From Candidatus Bathyarchaeota archaeon (GTDB taxonomy: Archaea; Thermoproteota; Bathyarchaeia; Bathyarchaeales; Bathycorpusculaceae), in contig CAWFFH010000003.1 in assembly GCA_963815095.1 (NCBI GenBank), positions 160,001-224,000 on the forward strand: 64,000 nucleotides of DNA, given 5' to 3'. Below are positions 22,407 through 31,799 of the stretch, one piece after another. The notes below the pieces were generated by a model. That model did not search any database. It worked only from the letters and a program-made list of their open reading frames with translations, and was not told where the DNA came from. Every line of letters begins with the position of its first letter. Position 1 is the first letter of the stretch. The position numbers and the translations under genes were made by a program.

Positions 22407-23036
22407 TTGTCTGCTGAAAACATTAGTCCTACAAGGATAAACTTGATTCAAACAAAAAAGACTTTAAACTTGGCAGAATCTGGTCGCGAAGTTCTTGAAC
22501 GCAAACGTGACATACTACTGCGGGAATTAAGAAGCAGCATCTACGAAGCTGAGAGAGCCCGCGAGGAACTTCTGGATTCTCTTGCGAAGGCTTATCAAAG
22601 TTTAAGGGACGCAAATTTGGCTAAAGGTTCAGAGACCGTTGCCAATGTTGTTTTGGGGTCAAATACAAAAGCTAACTACCTTATCGATTACAAAAGCATC
22701 ATGGGTGTTGCCATTCCTTCTGTAGAATTTAAAGGCGAAGCTGAAGCAAAACCAGACTATGGTTTCGCGAACACAAGCGTAGAACTGGACAAAGCATTCA
22801 AACATTTTCAAAAAGTATTAAATTTAATCTCCGATTTAGCCAAAGCTGAAGGAGCAACATTTCAGATTGCAAATGATGTACGCAGGACCCAGCGGCGAGT
22901 TAACGCCTTAAACTATGTTCTTATTCCAAGATATCGTGATACCGCAAAAAGGATTGAATTGGTGCTTGAAGAAAAAGACCGAGAAGAATTTGTTAGGACT
23001 AAAATGATTAAACGTATAATTAAGGAGCGCAAATAG
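22407..23036 (+). CDS. atpD: A/V-type ATP synthase subunit D
   Basis: PTRINL, LERKRDIL, TQRRVNALNYVLIP, LEEKDREEF. Confidence 0.96.
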   Translation: MSAENISPTRINLIQTKKTLNLAESGREVLERKRDILLRELRSSIYEAERAREELLDSLAKAYQSLRDANLAKGSETVANVVLGSNTKANYLIDYKSIMGVAIPSVEFKGEAEAKPDYGFANTSVELDKAFKHFQKVLNLISDLAKAEGATFQIANDVRRTQRRVNALNYVLIPRYRDTAKRIELVLEEKDREEFVRTKMIKRIIKERK

Positions 23037-23037
23037 C

Positions 23038-23481
23038 ATGAAATTTAGTTCTCAAACTATAAAAAAAATTCTGGTTCCAACCGATGGATCGGAATATAGC
23101 ATTCATGCGGCAGAATACGCCATAAGCATCGCGAAGACGCATGATGCACAAATAATGGTTTTGTATGTGTTAGATGAAGTTGTTATCGACCGATTTTCAA
23201 AAATGACCGAACGCGAAGATATCGAAAGAGAACTCAAAACCGACGGTCAAAAATACATCAATTATATTATAGGTTTAGCTGAGAAAGAAGGGGTTAAAGC
23301 AACTTCTTTGATCGCTAAGGGACGACCATTTGAGCAGATTGTGCATCTTTCTAATGGTTTAGAAATGGATTTAATCGTATTGGGGACTTATGGACGAAGA
23401 GGCGCGGAAAGAATTCTTATTGGCAGCGTAGCTGAACGCGTAATTGAATACGCTTATTGTCCTGTTCTAGTTGTCAAATGA
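23038..23481 (+). CDS. Universal stress protein (UspA family)
   Basis: KILVPTDGS, DLIVLGTYGRRG, LIGSVAERV, CPVLVV. Confidence 0.95.
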   Translation: MKFSSQTIKKILVPTDGSEYSIHAAEYAISIAKTHDAQIMVLYVLDEVVIDRFSKMTEREDIERELKTDGQKYINYIIGLAEKEGVKATSLIAKGRPFEQIVHLSNGLEMDLIVLGTYGRRGAERILIGSVAERVIEYAYCPVLVVK

Positions 23482-23499
23482 GTTTGGAGTATCGACCCA

Positions 23500-23676
23500 T
23501 TGACGAATAAAGACAAGTTAGATGAAGACTTCAAAAAATTTAATCGGGATATTGAGTTGGCAACAGAAAAAGAATTGAATAGGATTCGCGAAGAAATCGA
23601 TGCACTAAAAGAAAAAGCCAATAAGCCGAGCGAAGAGCTCTTGAGCCCTTTTTCCAATGAAGAGAAAGAAAGCTAA
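23500..23676 (+). CDS. Small charged coiled-coil protein, 58 aa (absent from ORF track)
   Basis: GGAG RBS then TTG; MTNKDKLDEDFKKFNRDIELATEKELNRIREEIDALKEKANKPSEELLSPFSNEEKES; fills the gap between usp and atpK. Confidence 0.6.
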   Translation: MTNKDKLDEDFKKFNRDIELATEKELNRIREEIDALKEKANKPSEELLSPFSNEEKES

Positions 23677-23728
23677 TTAAGAAAAAAGTTAATAGCTAAG
23701 CTTGTCGTGTCCAATGTCAATGGAGTGA

Positions 23729-24076
<348 letters not shown>

Positions 24077-24230
24077 GAAATAGCCAATTTCAAATCGAGA
24101 ATACTGGTTAAAACCAGCTTTTTCCTTTTTTAATTCATGTTAAAAACAGCCTCGAGTTTTCTTTGCAAAATCAGCTGCATTCAAGAAGCGTTAAATAATA
24201 CTTCTAAATTAAACAGCGGAAGGCGTCACG

Positions 24231-24536
24231 ATGGATAAATGGGCTGATTACCTAATCTCTGGCGTAAAAACTAACCCCGACCAGAAACACATCGATCTCA
24301 TAGAATGCCATTCAGACTTTGGCTGTGTAGTTTGCGAGAACCTCATCCTTTCAAGAACCGACCTTATTGTAAACATGAAGAAGGGCTGCACCTACGCAAC
24401 TGTTTTTAGAACTGCCATGGGCAAATGGCGCAAAGGACAACAAATAAATCTCATAAATGTAAACGGTGAAGAGTTTCTTCGCACTGACTCAAAAAACACT
24501 GCCAGCGACAACTTTGATGATGTTCCAGAGTTTTAG
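24231..24536 (+). CDS. DUF3892-domain protein
   Basis: KWADYLISGV N-terminus; NGEEFLRTD...DNFDDVPEF C-terminus. Confidence 0.75.
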   Translation: MDKWADYLISGVKTNPDQKHIDLIECHSDFGCVVCENLILSRTDLIVNMKKGCTYATVFRTAMGKWRKGQQINLINVNGEEFLRTDSKNTASDNFDDVPEF

Positions 24537-24702
24537 GACTGAACTTCTTCAGGGTTTTCTTGATTGTCTATGTTTAGGTGAGGCGCTACGATTTTAGGGT
24601 TATGGGCATTTTGGCTTTGCTAAAATATTAGCCCGCGTTTTCCAAAAATCGTTTATGCTAACCCTTATAGGGCACCTGTGACTAGCCAGATAATGACGGA
24701 AC

Positions 24703-26061
24703 TTGTCTCGTTTAAAGGTTAACTTCTTTCGTTCTCGAAGTCTAATTATCATAATTTGTTTTTCACTATTCTTGATTGTTGCATCAGGTTTTCTTTCTAG
24801 TTCTGCGATTTCCAACGTCACGACAACAGCCCAATCTGGTTCGACAGGGGGACTTGTTGTGGTTGCGGATTTCAGCGTTCCTGTAGATCATGGGGCTTCA
24901 GCGTTTATGTCCCGTGTTGTAAGCACGGCGCAAAGCCAACATGCATCAGCTATCGTCATAGAAATGAATACGCCCGGCGGATTGTTAAGCGACATGATTT
25001 CGATTGTAGGTTCAATTACAACAGCCAATCAATCAGGCATCCCAGTCTACACATTCATCGTGCCTAACGGTTTAGGTGCGTCTGCTGGCAGCTACATTGC
25101 AATGGCAACTAACCAAATATTGATGGGGCCCGGCAGTGAGATTGGTCCAAGCACGCCTATTGTAGTTGGAGGGTCAGCACTTGAACAGAATCATACGCAA
25201 GCCGCGATGCTTGACTACATGACGAGTCTCGCGGAAAAATGGGGAAGAAACACTACAGCGATCTATGAGATGGTTCAATATGATCAAGCGTTCTCAGCGA
25301 ATGAAGCGGTTGAAGTTCACGTGGCAGATGGAACAGCAGATTCTTTTTCCGCAGCTCTGACCCAGTTTGGTTTGTCGAATAATCCTCAGGAAAAACTGAG
25401 CGAGAGCATTTATGAACAGATAATTAGCGCACTAAGCAATAGCATTCTTGACGGTATCCTTATTTTGTTGGGCGTTATCGCCATTGTACTTGATATTTAT
25501 CATCCGACCATCGTGTTAACAGTTGTAGGTGTAATAGCTATCGTTGCTGGGTTAATCGGCGCTGAAGTGATTGACGCATCAGTGCTGGGGCTCGTCATTT
25601 TGGTGCTTGCAGCCGCTTTAATTATTGTGGAATTGAAGCTAGGTCATGGTTTCGCCTTAATTGCAGGCGTAGTGCTGGGAGCATTCGGCATATATTACTT
25701 GTCGTTTGGTCTGCAATACTCGCCTTCTCCCATAACAGGGCTTGTAGAAATAGAGCTAAGCGTCCTTGTCGTTTTCGGCGTCATCATAGGGTTGTACATA
25801 CGATGGATAATTGGACCTCTAAGACGCCGCCGCAAACTAACGGGCTCAGAAACTATGATAGGAAAAATAGGTATAGCAGTCACGGACCTCAATCCAAAAG
25901 GAGAAGTTCGAGTTTTAGGAGAAATCTGGCGAGCTGAATCCTCTTCAGGAAATATTGTAAAAGGAGAACGAGTTAAGGTTAAAACCTTAAACGGACTTGT
26001 TGTTATCGTTGAAAAACCCCAAAATTTCGAAAGCAAAGATCAAACCGCTCCACCAACTTAA
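24703..26061 (+). CDS. nfeD: Long-form NfeD membrane serine protease (ClpP-like domain, TM region, OB-fold)
   Basis: MNTPGG, ASAGSYI, GRN motifs; C-terminal GEVRVLGEIWRA. Confidence 0.92.
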   Translation: MSRLKVNFFRSRSLIIIICFSLFLIVASGFLSSSAISNVTTTAQSGSTGGLVVVADFSVPVDHGASAFMSRVVSTAQSQHASAIVIEMNTPGGLLSDMISIVGSITTANQSGIPVYTFIVPNGLGASAGSYIAMATNQILMGPGSEIGPSTPIVVGGSALEQNHTQAAMLDYMTSLAEKWGRNTTAIYEMVQYDQAFSANEAVEVHVADGTADSFSAALTQFGLSNNPQEKLSESIYEQIISALSNSILDGILILLGVIAIVLDIYHPTIVLTVVGVIAIVAGLIGAEVIDASVLGLVILVLAAALIIVELKLGHGFALIAGVVLGAFGIYYLSFGLQYSPSPITGLVEIELSVLVVFGVIIGLYIRWIIGPLRRRRKLTGSETMIGKIGIAVTDLNPKGEVRVLGEIWRAESSSGNIVKGERVKVKTLNGLVVIVEKPQNFESKDQTAPPT

Positions 26062-26267
26062 AAGCTCAATTTTCACTTTTATATTGCTAAGTAATGAGTG
26101 TTTTTAGCCCTTAGTCGGCTGTTACATTTGCTATGCTACAACATAGCCTTAATAGCCGTTTTCAAGTTAAGATACTACCGGTGCTTTTTTGCCAATATCC
26201 ATTCACGAATTTATCAAAAATAGATTCACAGTTACAATTAGTTTAGGAGTGGCTTAAATTAACTGAC

Positions 26268-27497
26268 GTGACATATAACCCACCTCTTCCGCTATCCTCT
26301 AATGTCAACTGGGTAGGAGTCAACGACACAGAAACACCACTTTTTGAAGGGCTCTGGCGCATCCCAGAGGGTGTCTCCTACAACTCTTACTTAGTTGTAG
26401 GTTCAGAAAAAACTGCCCTGATTGATTCCGTCCACGAAAAGAACACCCTTGAACACTTTAACAAAATTAGCAAACTAACAGATCTCTCAAAAATTGACTA
26501 TATAGTCATTAACCACATGGAGCCTGACCACACGGGTTCTATTCCTGCGCTTCTCAAGAAAGCACCCAACGCAAAAGTGGTTTTCACACCCATTGCCCAG
26601 ATGATATTCAAAAAATTTTATGGTTTCGATCCAGCCGCAGTCATTGTAAAAGACGATTCTACGGAAATTTCCTTAGGAAACAAAACGTTGAGATTTATTC
26701 AAACGCCCTGGCTTCATTGGCCAGAAACCATGAGCACATACCTTGTGGAAGACAATATCTTGTTTTGCTGCGACACTTTTGGCTCTTTTAAAAAGCTGCC
26801 ACCGGGCGCTATATTAGAATCCAACATAGACCTGATTAAGCAGAATGTTTGTCTTTGCTCACAAAAGTACTTTGCCTCAGTCTTCAATGGGCAGCGTGAA
26901 TGGATACTTAAAGCCATAGAAAAATTTGACACTATGAACCTTAAAATTGACATTTTGGCTCCTAGCCACGGTCCAGTCTTCAATAAGAGCCCTAACCAGA
27001 CAATAAGTAACTGGTCTTCATGGAGCAAAGGTAAGTACACAAAAACTGTGGTAGTAGCATACGATACCATGTATGGAATGACTGCAAATTGCTTAAATGA
27101 AATTACTGAAGGCGTTAAAGAATCAGGAGGGAGGGTTTTAAGTTTCAATCTTTCAGAAGACACCGCTGTCGATGCATTAACTGCCTTGGTGGAAGCTCCA
27201 GCATTAATCGTCGGTTCCCCCACATATGAGCACGAGATATTTCCAAAGGTCGTTGATTTTATAAATCTGCTTAAAACCAAGAAGTTTTCAAACAGATGTA
27301 CCGGCGTTTTTGGAAGTTTCGGCTGGAGCGGGGAAGCCACTCGAAAATTGTCAGTTGAGCTAACTGCTTTGGGTTTCGAGATGGTAGGAAACCCGCTTTC
27401 TTTCTTCGGAAATCCAACGAAAGAAGACCTTGAAAAGTCCAGAAATCTTGGCAAAACAGTAGCGGAAAAAGCTTTTTCCAAATATGGCGCGGTTTAA
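26268..27497 (+). CDS. fprA: Flavodiiron protein (FprA, A-type flavoprotein)
   Basis: SYNSYL, HMEPDH, HWPE, PSHG diiron ligands; flavodoxin domain TMYGMT, GSPT, GSFGWSG. Confidence 0.95.
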   Translation: MTYNPPLPLSSNVNWVGVNDTETPLFEGLWRIPEGVSYNSYLVVGSEKTALIDSVHEKNTLEHFNKISKLTDLSKIDYIVINHMEPDHTGSIPALLKKAPNAKVVFTPIAQMIFKKFYGFDPAAVIVKDDSTEISLGNKTLRFIQTPWLHWPETMSTYLVEDNILFCCDTFGSFKKLPPGAILESNIDLIKQNVCLCSQKYFASVFNGQREWILKAIEKFDTMNLKIDILAPSHGPVFNKSPNQTISNWSSWSKGKYTKTVVVAYDTMYGMTANCLNEITEGVKESGGRVLSFNLSEDTAVDALTALVEAPALIVGSPTYEHEIFPKVVDFINLLKTKKFSNRCTGVFGSFGWSGEATRKLSVELTALGFEMVGNPLSFFGNPTKEDLEKSRNLGKTVAEKAFSKYGAV

Positions 27498-27674
27498 TAT
27501 GAGCACTAATTGTTATCGCAATTAAGGTTGAAAAAGTAAAGTACCCAAAGAACCAATTTGCTTTTTCAATTAAAACACCATTGTTAACGCCTATTTTAAC
27601 CCAAACAAACTGGATTACTTGGGTCAAATTTAAATTCTACTCCTTCATAAGGCACATAACAAACGGTAGTATCT

Positions 27675-28844
27675 ATGAGACGGATTCCAACGCAGCTCTT
27701 CGGTCCAGTTTGTAAAAACCCCCAGCTCTTAATGAGCTTTGCACGAGGTGGATATAGACAATTTGTAAAAACCAAAATGGATTATCGAAACGACGATGGA
27801 AGGAGCTCGTCTCTTTGGCTACTAAGTCTAAGAATCACACATCGATGCAACCATAGATGCGCAATCTGTGCACAATGGGGAAAAAACGGTTACAATGCAA
27901 GGGAAGATACACCAAAAGTCACAGGTGAAGTTCCCGTTGAAACCTACATGAAAGTTATAGATGAAGTTGCCCAAAAGAAAGTTCACGTTTACATAACAGG
28001 AGGAGAACCTTTCCTCTATGAACCACTGGTTCCCCTAGTTAATTACATGAAAGAAAAAAAATTAACAGTACAGATAGTTACAAACGGGGTTGGCTTGGAA
28101 AAAAATGCTCAAACTATAGTCGATAATGGCTGGGATATGATTTGCGTTTCTTTTGATGGACCAAAAGAAGTTCATGACAAGTGTAGGGGCACCCCGGGAG
28201 CTCTCGAAACCGCGACCCGTGGAATAAGAGCAATCCAAAAAATCAAGAAAGAGAAAAAAACAAACAAACCAGGCATTTACGTTTTAACAACAATCTCACA
28301 GAACAACGAATCAACTTTATTTGAAACTGTGCAAGAAGCAGAAAAAATAAAGCCTGACGGAATGATAATTTATTATTCGTGGTTCACCAAAGAAGTCATA
28401 GGACAAAAACACACCAAACTAGCTGAAGAAAAATTAGGCATAACACCTTTTGCCTGGAAAGGTTACGTGCGAGATACTTCAGTGCTGAATGTGGAAAATA
28501 TCGCTGAACAAGTAAAGAGAATAAAAGCTGGAAAATTTAAAACCCCCATCCTGTTTGTCCCTGACCTCAAACCTGAAGAGATCCAAACATATTATGCTGA
28601 GCCTGAAAACTTTTTTGGGTACAAAAAATGTATTTCCCCTTGGTTCCAATTAGATGTTATGCCAAACGGAGACACAGTTACTTGCAGAGATTTTCCGGAC
28701 TTTGTTACGGGAAACATTAAGGAAACAAGTATCCTTGAAATCTACAATGGCGAAAAACATCGCCAATTCAGACGCGCCCTGAAAAGCTGTGACAACGGAG
28801 TTTTTCCAATTTGCTCTCGATGCTGCGGTTTAATGGGGTACTAA
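27675..28844 (+). CDS. Radical SAM/SPASM domain protein
   Basis: CNHRCAIC, TGGEP, VSFDG, C-terminal C...GDTVTC...CSRCC. Confidence 0.9.
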   Translation: MRRIPTQLFGPVCKNPQLLMSFARGGYRQFVKTKMDYRNDDGRSSSLWLLSLRITHRCNHRCAICAQWGKNGYNAREDTPKVTGEVPVETYMKVIDEVAQKKVHVYITGGEPFLYEPLVPLVNYMKEKKLTVQIVTNGVGLEKNAQTIVDNGWDMICVSFDGPKEVHDKCRGTPGALETATRGIRAIQKIKKEKKTNKPGIYVLTTISQNNESTLFETVQEAEKIKPDGMIIYYSWFTKEVIGQKHTKLAEEKLGITPFAWKGYVRDTSVLNVENIAEQVKRIKAGKFKTPILFVPDLKPEEIQTYYAEPENFFGYKKCISPWFQLDVMPNGDTVTCRDFPDFVTGNIKETSILEIYNGEKHRQFRRALKSCDNGVFPICSRCCGLMGY

Positions 28845-28877
28845 GAATGGCTTTTCTCTGAAAGGAGTAGAACACAT

Positions 28878-29714
28878 TTGATAGAGCAGCAGCGAATTCA
28901 GCAAAAAGACGCCCAAAAGAAAACAAAACAGGCTAACTCGTCAACAATTGAATCCGTTGACGTTGCTATCCTCACCATGAACAGCGAAAGAATGCTAAGA
29001 GAATGCATAAATTCTGTTTATCAGAACATCCCAGTTAAGAATTTGATCGTTGTTGACGGCTTCTCAACTGACGCTACAGTAGACATAATAAAGGAGTTCC
29101 AAGAAAAATACGGAAACGTTAATTTTGTTCAAGAAAAAGGAACCAGAGGCAGCGCCAGACAAACGGCTATTCAAATGGTAAAAAGCGACTGGTTCGTGTT
29201 TGTTGATAGCGACGTGATTTTGTCGAAGAACTGGTTTTCTGAGGCAAAAAAACTGATAAAAGACGATGTAGGCGCAGTTTGGGGGATTGAAATTTGGTCA
29301 GTTTTGAGAGGATGGAAAGTCCTAAGTCTTTTCGAGAGAGTTACTCTAAAAATATTTGAAAAACGGGGCGGAACACACGATACGCTTATTCGGCGGACAA
29401 CGGTTGAAGACATCAAAATACCCTTTTCGTTACATACTTACGAGGATGGTTACATTAAAGATTGTATAGAGAAGAAAGGCTACAAGGTATTGGGCGTCTA
29501 CGAACCCTACTGCATCCATTTTCGACCTGAAGAAGTATGGACATTGCAAAAACATATTGAATTCATGGTCAGCGACCTAAAATATGCTGTTCACCGCCCT
29601 ATACTGCTGCTTTCATATGCCTTCTATTCAGCAATAGTTGGTTACCAGATTTTAGCAAGCAAACCCAAAAGCTCAAACGGCAATTCTCAAAAGAGACAAT
29701 TACAAAAAGCCTGA
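28878..29714 (+). CDS. Family 2 glycosyltransferase
   Basis: VVDGFSTDAT, DxD motif FVDSD, YED. Confidence 0.9.
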   Translation: MIEQQRIQQKDAQKKTKQANSSTIESVDVAILTMNSERMLRECINSVYQNIPVKNLIVVDGFSTDATVDIIKEFQEKYGNVNFVQEKGTRGSARQTAIQMVKSDWFVFVDSDVILSKNWFSEAKKLIKDDVGAVWGIEIWSVLRGWKVLSLFERVTLKIFEKRGGTHDTLIRRTTVEDIKIPFSLHTYEDGYIKDCIEKKGYKVLGVYEPYCIHFRPEEVWTLQKHIEFMVSDLKYAVHRPILLLSYAFYSAIVGYQILASKPKSSNGNSQKRQLQKA

Positions 29715-30198
29715 TTCTTCATTTAGACTTTCATTATAGCGCAAAATCAGTTTATCTTTTAACGCATTTACCCGAGGCAGGGTCATAGTGGTTGCTTTTG
29801 GAGTAATCACAGTTTTTACAGTCGTCTTTTATATCCTGTCCAAATGGACAACCTTTCAAGTCCGCCATTCAATTAGCCCCGTTTTTGTTTATTTATGTTA
29901 AATTGATATATAAATTGAACCCCGAAAGCCAGTTTTCCATTGCACAACTCGGCATATTAGTAGTGCAGACGCATGGCCCACGACCTGAAGTTCTAGCTCC
30001 AACTATCCAATTCAACTTTAAGATATTATTACAACAAACTAATTAGTAGAACAACAAAAGTTGCTGAAATTATTGTGTTATTGTTCTTGTAACGATTAAA
30101 AGAAGAAGAAAATTGGAAAATTTGCACTTCTTCTTCTACAGTTAACGGCTGCATCTGACCTAACCCACCCCAAAACTATGCCAAACACTAACAAGTAG

Positions 30199-30271
30199 TA
30201 GCCCGGGAGAGATTCGAACTCTCGTCAAGGACTCCAGAGGCCCCTATGCTTGACCACTACACCACCGGGCT
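30199..30271 (-). tRNA. tRNA-Gln(CTG)
   Basis: Cloverleaf AGCCCGG...GGGGC-CT-CTG-GA-GTCCT...TTCGAAT...CCGGGCT-A; no intron; CCA not encoded. Confidence 0.96.
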
Positions 30272-30309
30272 ATAGACTTCCAAACTAAACAGGGTTCCAA
30301 TTATTAACT

Positions 30310-30525
30310 TTAACTTTCCGCCGACTCAGCTGCTTTCTTCTTAGCTTCTCGTACACAGTAGCATTCTTGGCTAACCTTGTTATATTCGTCACAGTACCAG
30401 AGCGTATCCACAATTGGGCTTTTATTTTGCCAGTAGCGAGTAGAGCAAAAAACTTTGGAGGGGTATTCGTAGCAATTGTGGCTGTCGCAGTTGCCACAGT
30501 ATTTTTCTTCATTGTTGTTTTCCAT
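30310..30525 (-). CDS. Small Cys-rich hypothetical protein, 71 aa
   Basis: ATG 1 nt after the DHS stop; CGNCDSHNC...C...C...CYC. Confidence 0.7.
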   Translation of the reverse strand: MENNNEEKYCGNCDSHNCYEYPSKVFCSTRYWQNKSPIVDTLWYCDEYNKVSQECYCVREAKKKAAESAES

Positions 30526-30526
30526 A

Positions 30527-31549
30527 TTAGTTTCCTTTTCCTGCACGTTTTTCTCGTTGCAAAAATGAGTCTCTCTTAAAATCTTTGCCCAGCCGCTCAG
30601 TAGCGGATGCCACAAGAAACGGAAAAACCATCAATGCTTCTCCGATAACCATCACGTGATCGGCTGAACCTTTCATTTTTCCCCAACTCACAGTCTCCTC
30701 GAGTGTTGAACCCGACAAACCGCCTGTTTCAGGACGATCCAAAGTAATAACGACCGCGTAGTCTAAGCCTTTTTTGGATGCGAGCGCTGAGGATTGGATG
30801 GTGTTACGTGGGACGCCTCCGCCAATTACTATCATCCCGTTTTTGGGTGATCTAGCACAGATGCCACAGACTGTAGGAACATCTTTAAAGGCATCGACGT
30901 GAAGCACATTTTTCTGGTCTTTTTGCGACGCATGGAGCCAATGGATAAAGCCGAATTCTGAGTCGCGGACAGCTGGAAGGAAAATTGGGACGTTCTCTTC
31001 ATAGGCAGCACGTAAGATCGAGTTTTCATCGGTTAACCGTTTGCCCAATTCATAGGTAAACTCGTCTGAAGCTAAACTCTCACCTTTACGTTCCTTGGCG
31101 ATATCAGCATACATTTCAGAGAGTTTGAAATCCAATCTTACATAGTCTTCTTCGGGAACAAAAATGTCGTAAATTCTAAAAAGATGGAATTTGTAAAGTT
31201 CAGTGTCGTTTACTGCCCAACCACCTTTGTAGTGGTGACCGCCGACAGCTTCTATAGCATCGTGGACCATGCAGGCGCCTGTGCTTACAATTACATCTAC
31301 AAGATGATTTCGGATTAAATCAGTGACTAAAGTGCGCATACCTGCAGGAACCACAGCACCCGACAAGGCCAAGAAAACGGTGCAGTCTTTTTCTCTGAGC
31401 ATTTTCTCGTAAATGTCACATGCAGCTGATAACCTCCCAGCACCGAGAGAACCCGAATTTTTGAACTGTTGCATTAGCTGATCAACGGTTAAGGTGCCAT
31501 TTATTTTAATGTGGTTTACGGGTTCTTTGAGGTAATCTTTGCGGTCCAT
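30527..31549 (-). CDS. dys: Deoxyhypusine synthase
   Basis: GGGVPRN, GGLSGSTLEETVSWGK with the active-site Lys; start moved to MDRKDY. Confidence 0.93.
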   Translation of the reverse strand: MDRKDYLKEPVNHIKINGTLTVDQLMQQFKNSGSLGAGRLSAACDIYEKMLREKDCTVFLALSGAVVPAGMRTLVTDLIRNHLVDVIVSTGACMVHDAIEAVGGHHYKGGWAVNDTELYKFHLFRIYDIFVPEEDYVRLDFKLSEMYADIAKERKGESLASDEFTYELGKRLTDENSILRAAYEENVPIFLPAVRDSEFGFIHWLHASQKDQKNVLHVDAFKDVPTVCGICARSPKNGMIVIGGGVPRNTIQSSALASKKGLDYAVVITLDRPETGGLSGSTLEETVSWGKMKGSADHVMVIGEALMVFPFLVASATERLGKDFKRDSFLQREKRAGKGN

Positions 31550-31799
31550 CCAAATACGCCTAAAGGAAGTTATTGAGAGGACTATGGAAATAGGTTTCGA
31601 TTTGAAAGTGATAATTCTAAGGAAAAAGAAGGGTTTCAAATAGAGTTCATTGCAGAAAAGATAGGGGTGTAGATCGCTAATAGCGAGTTCAAGCTGGATA
31701 TAGACATATTGGATATAAAATGCAAATAGCACTTAAAGAATGGTTGCTTAAAAATTAAAATAAAAAAAGAAAAGGGTTGATTTTTGTTTTGTGTCGTTT

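Noticed and set aside
26714-27481. 255-aa antisense ORF, and similar shadow ORFs elsewhere
   Set aside because: Antisense to well-supported genes; no motifs
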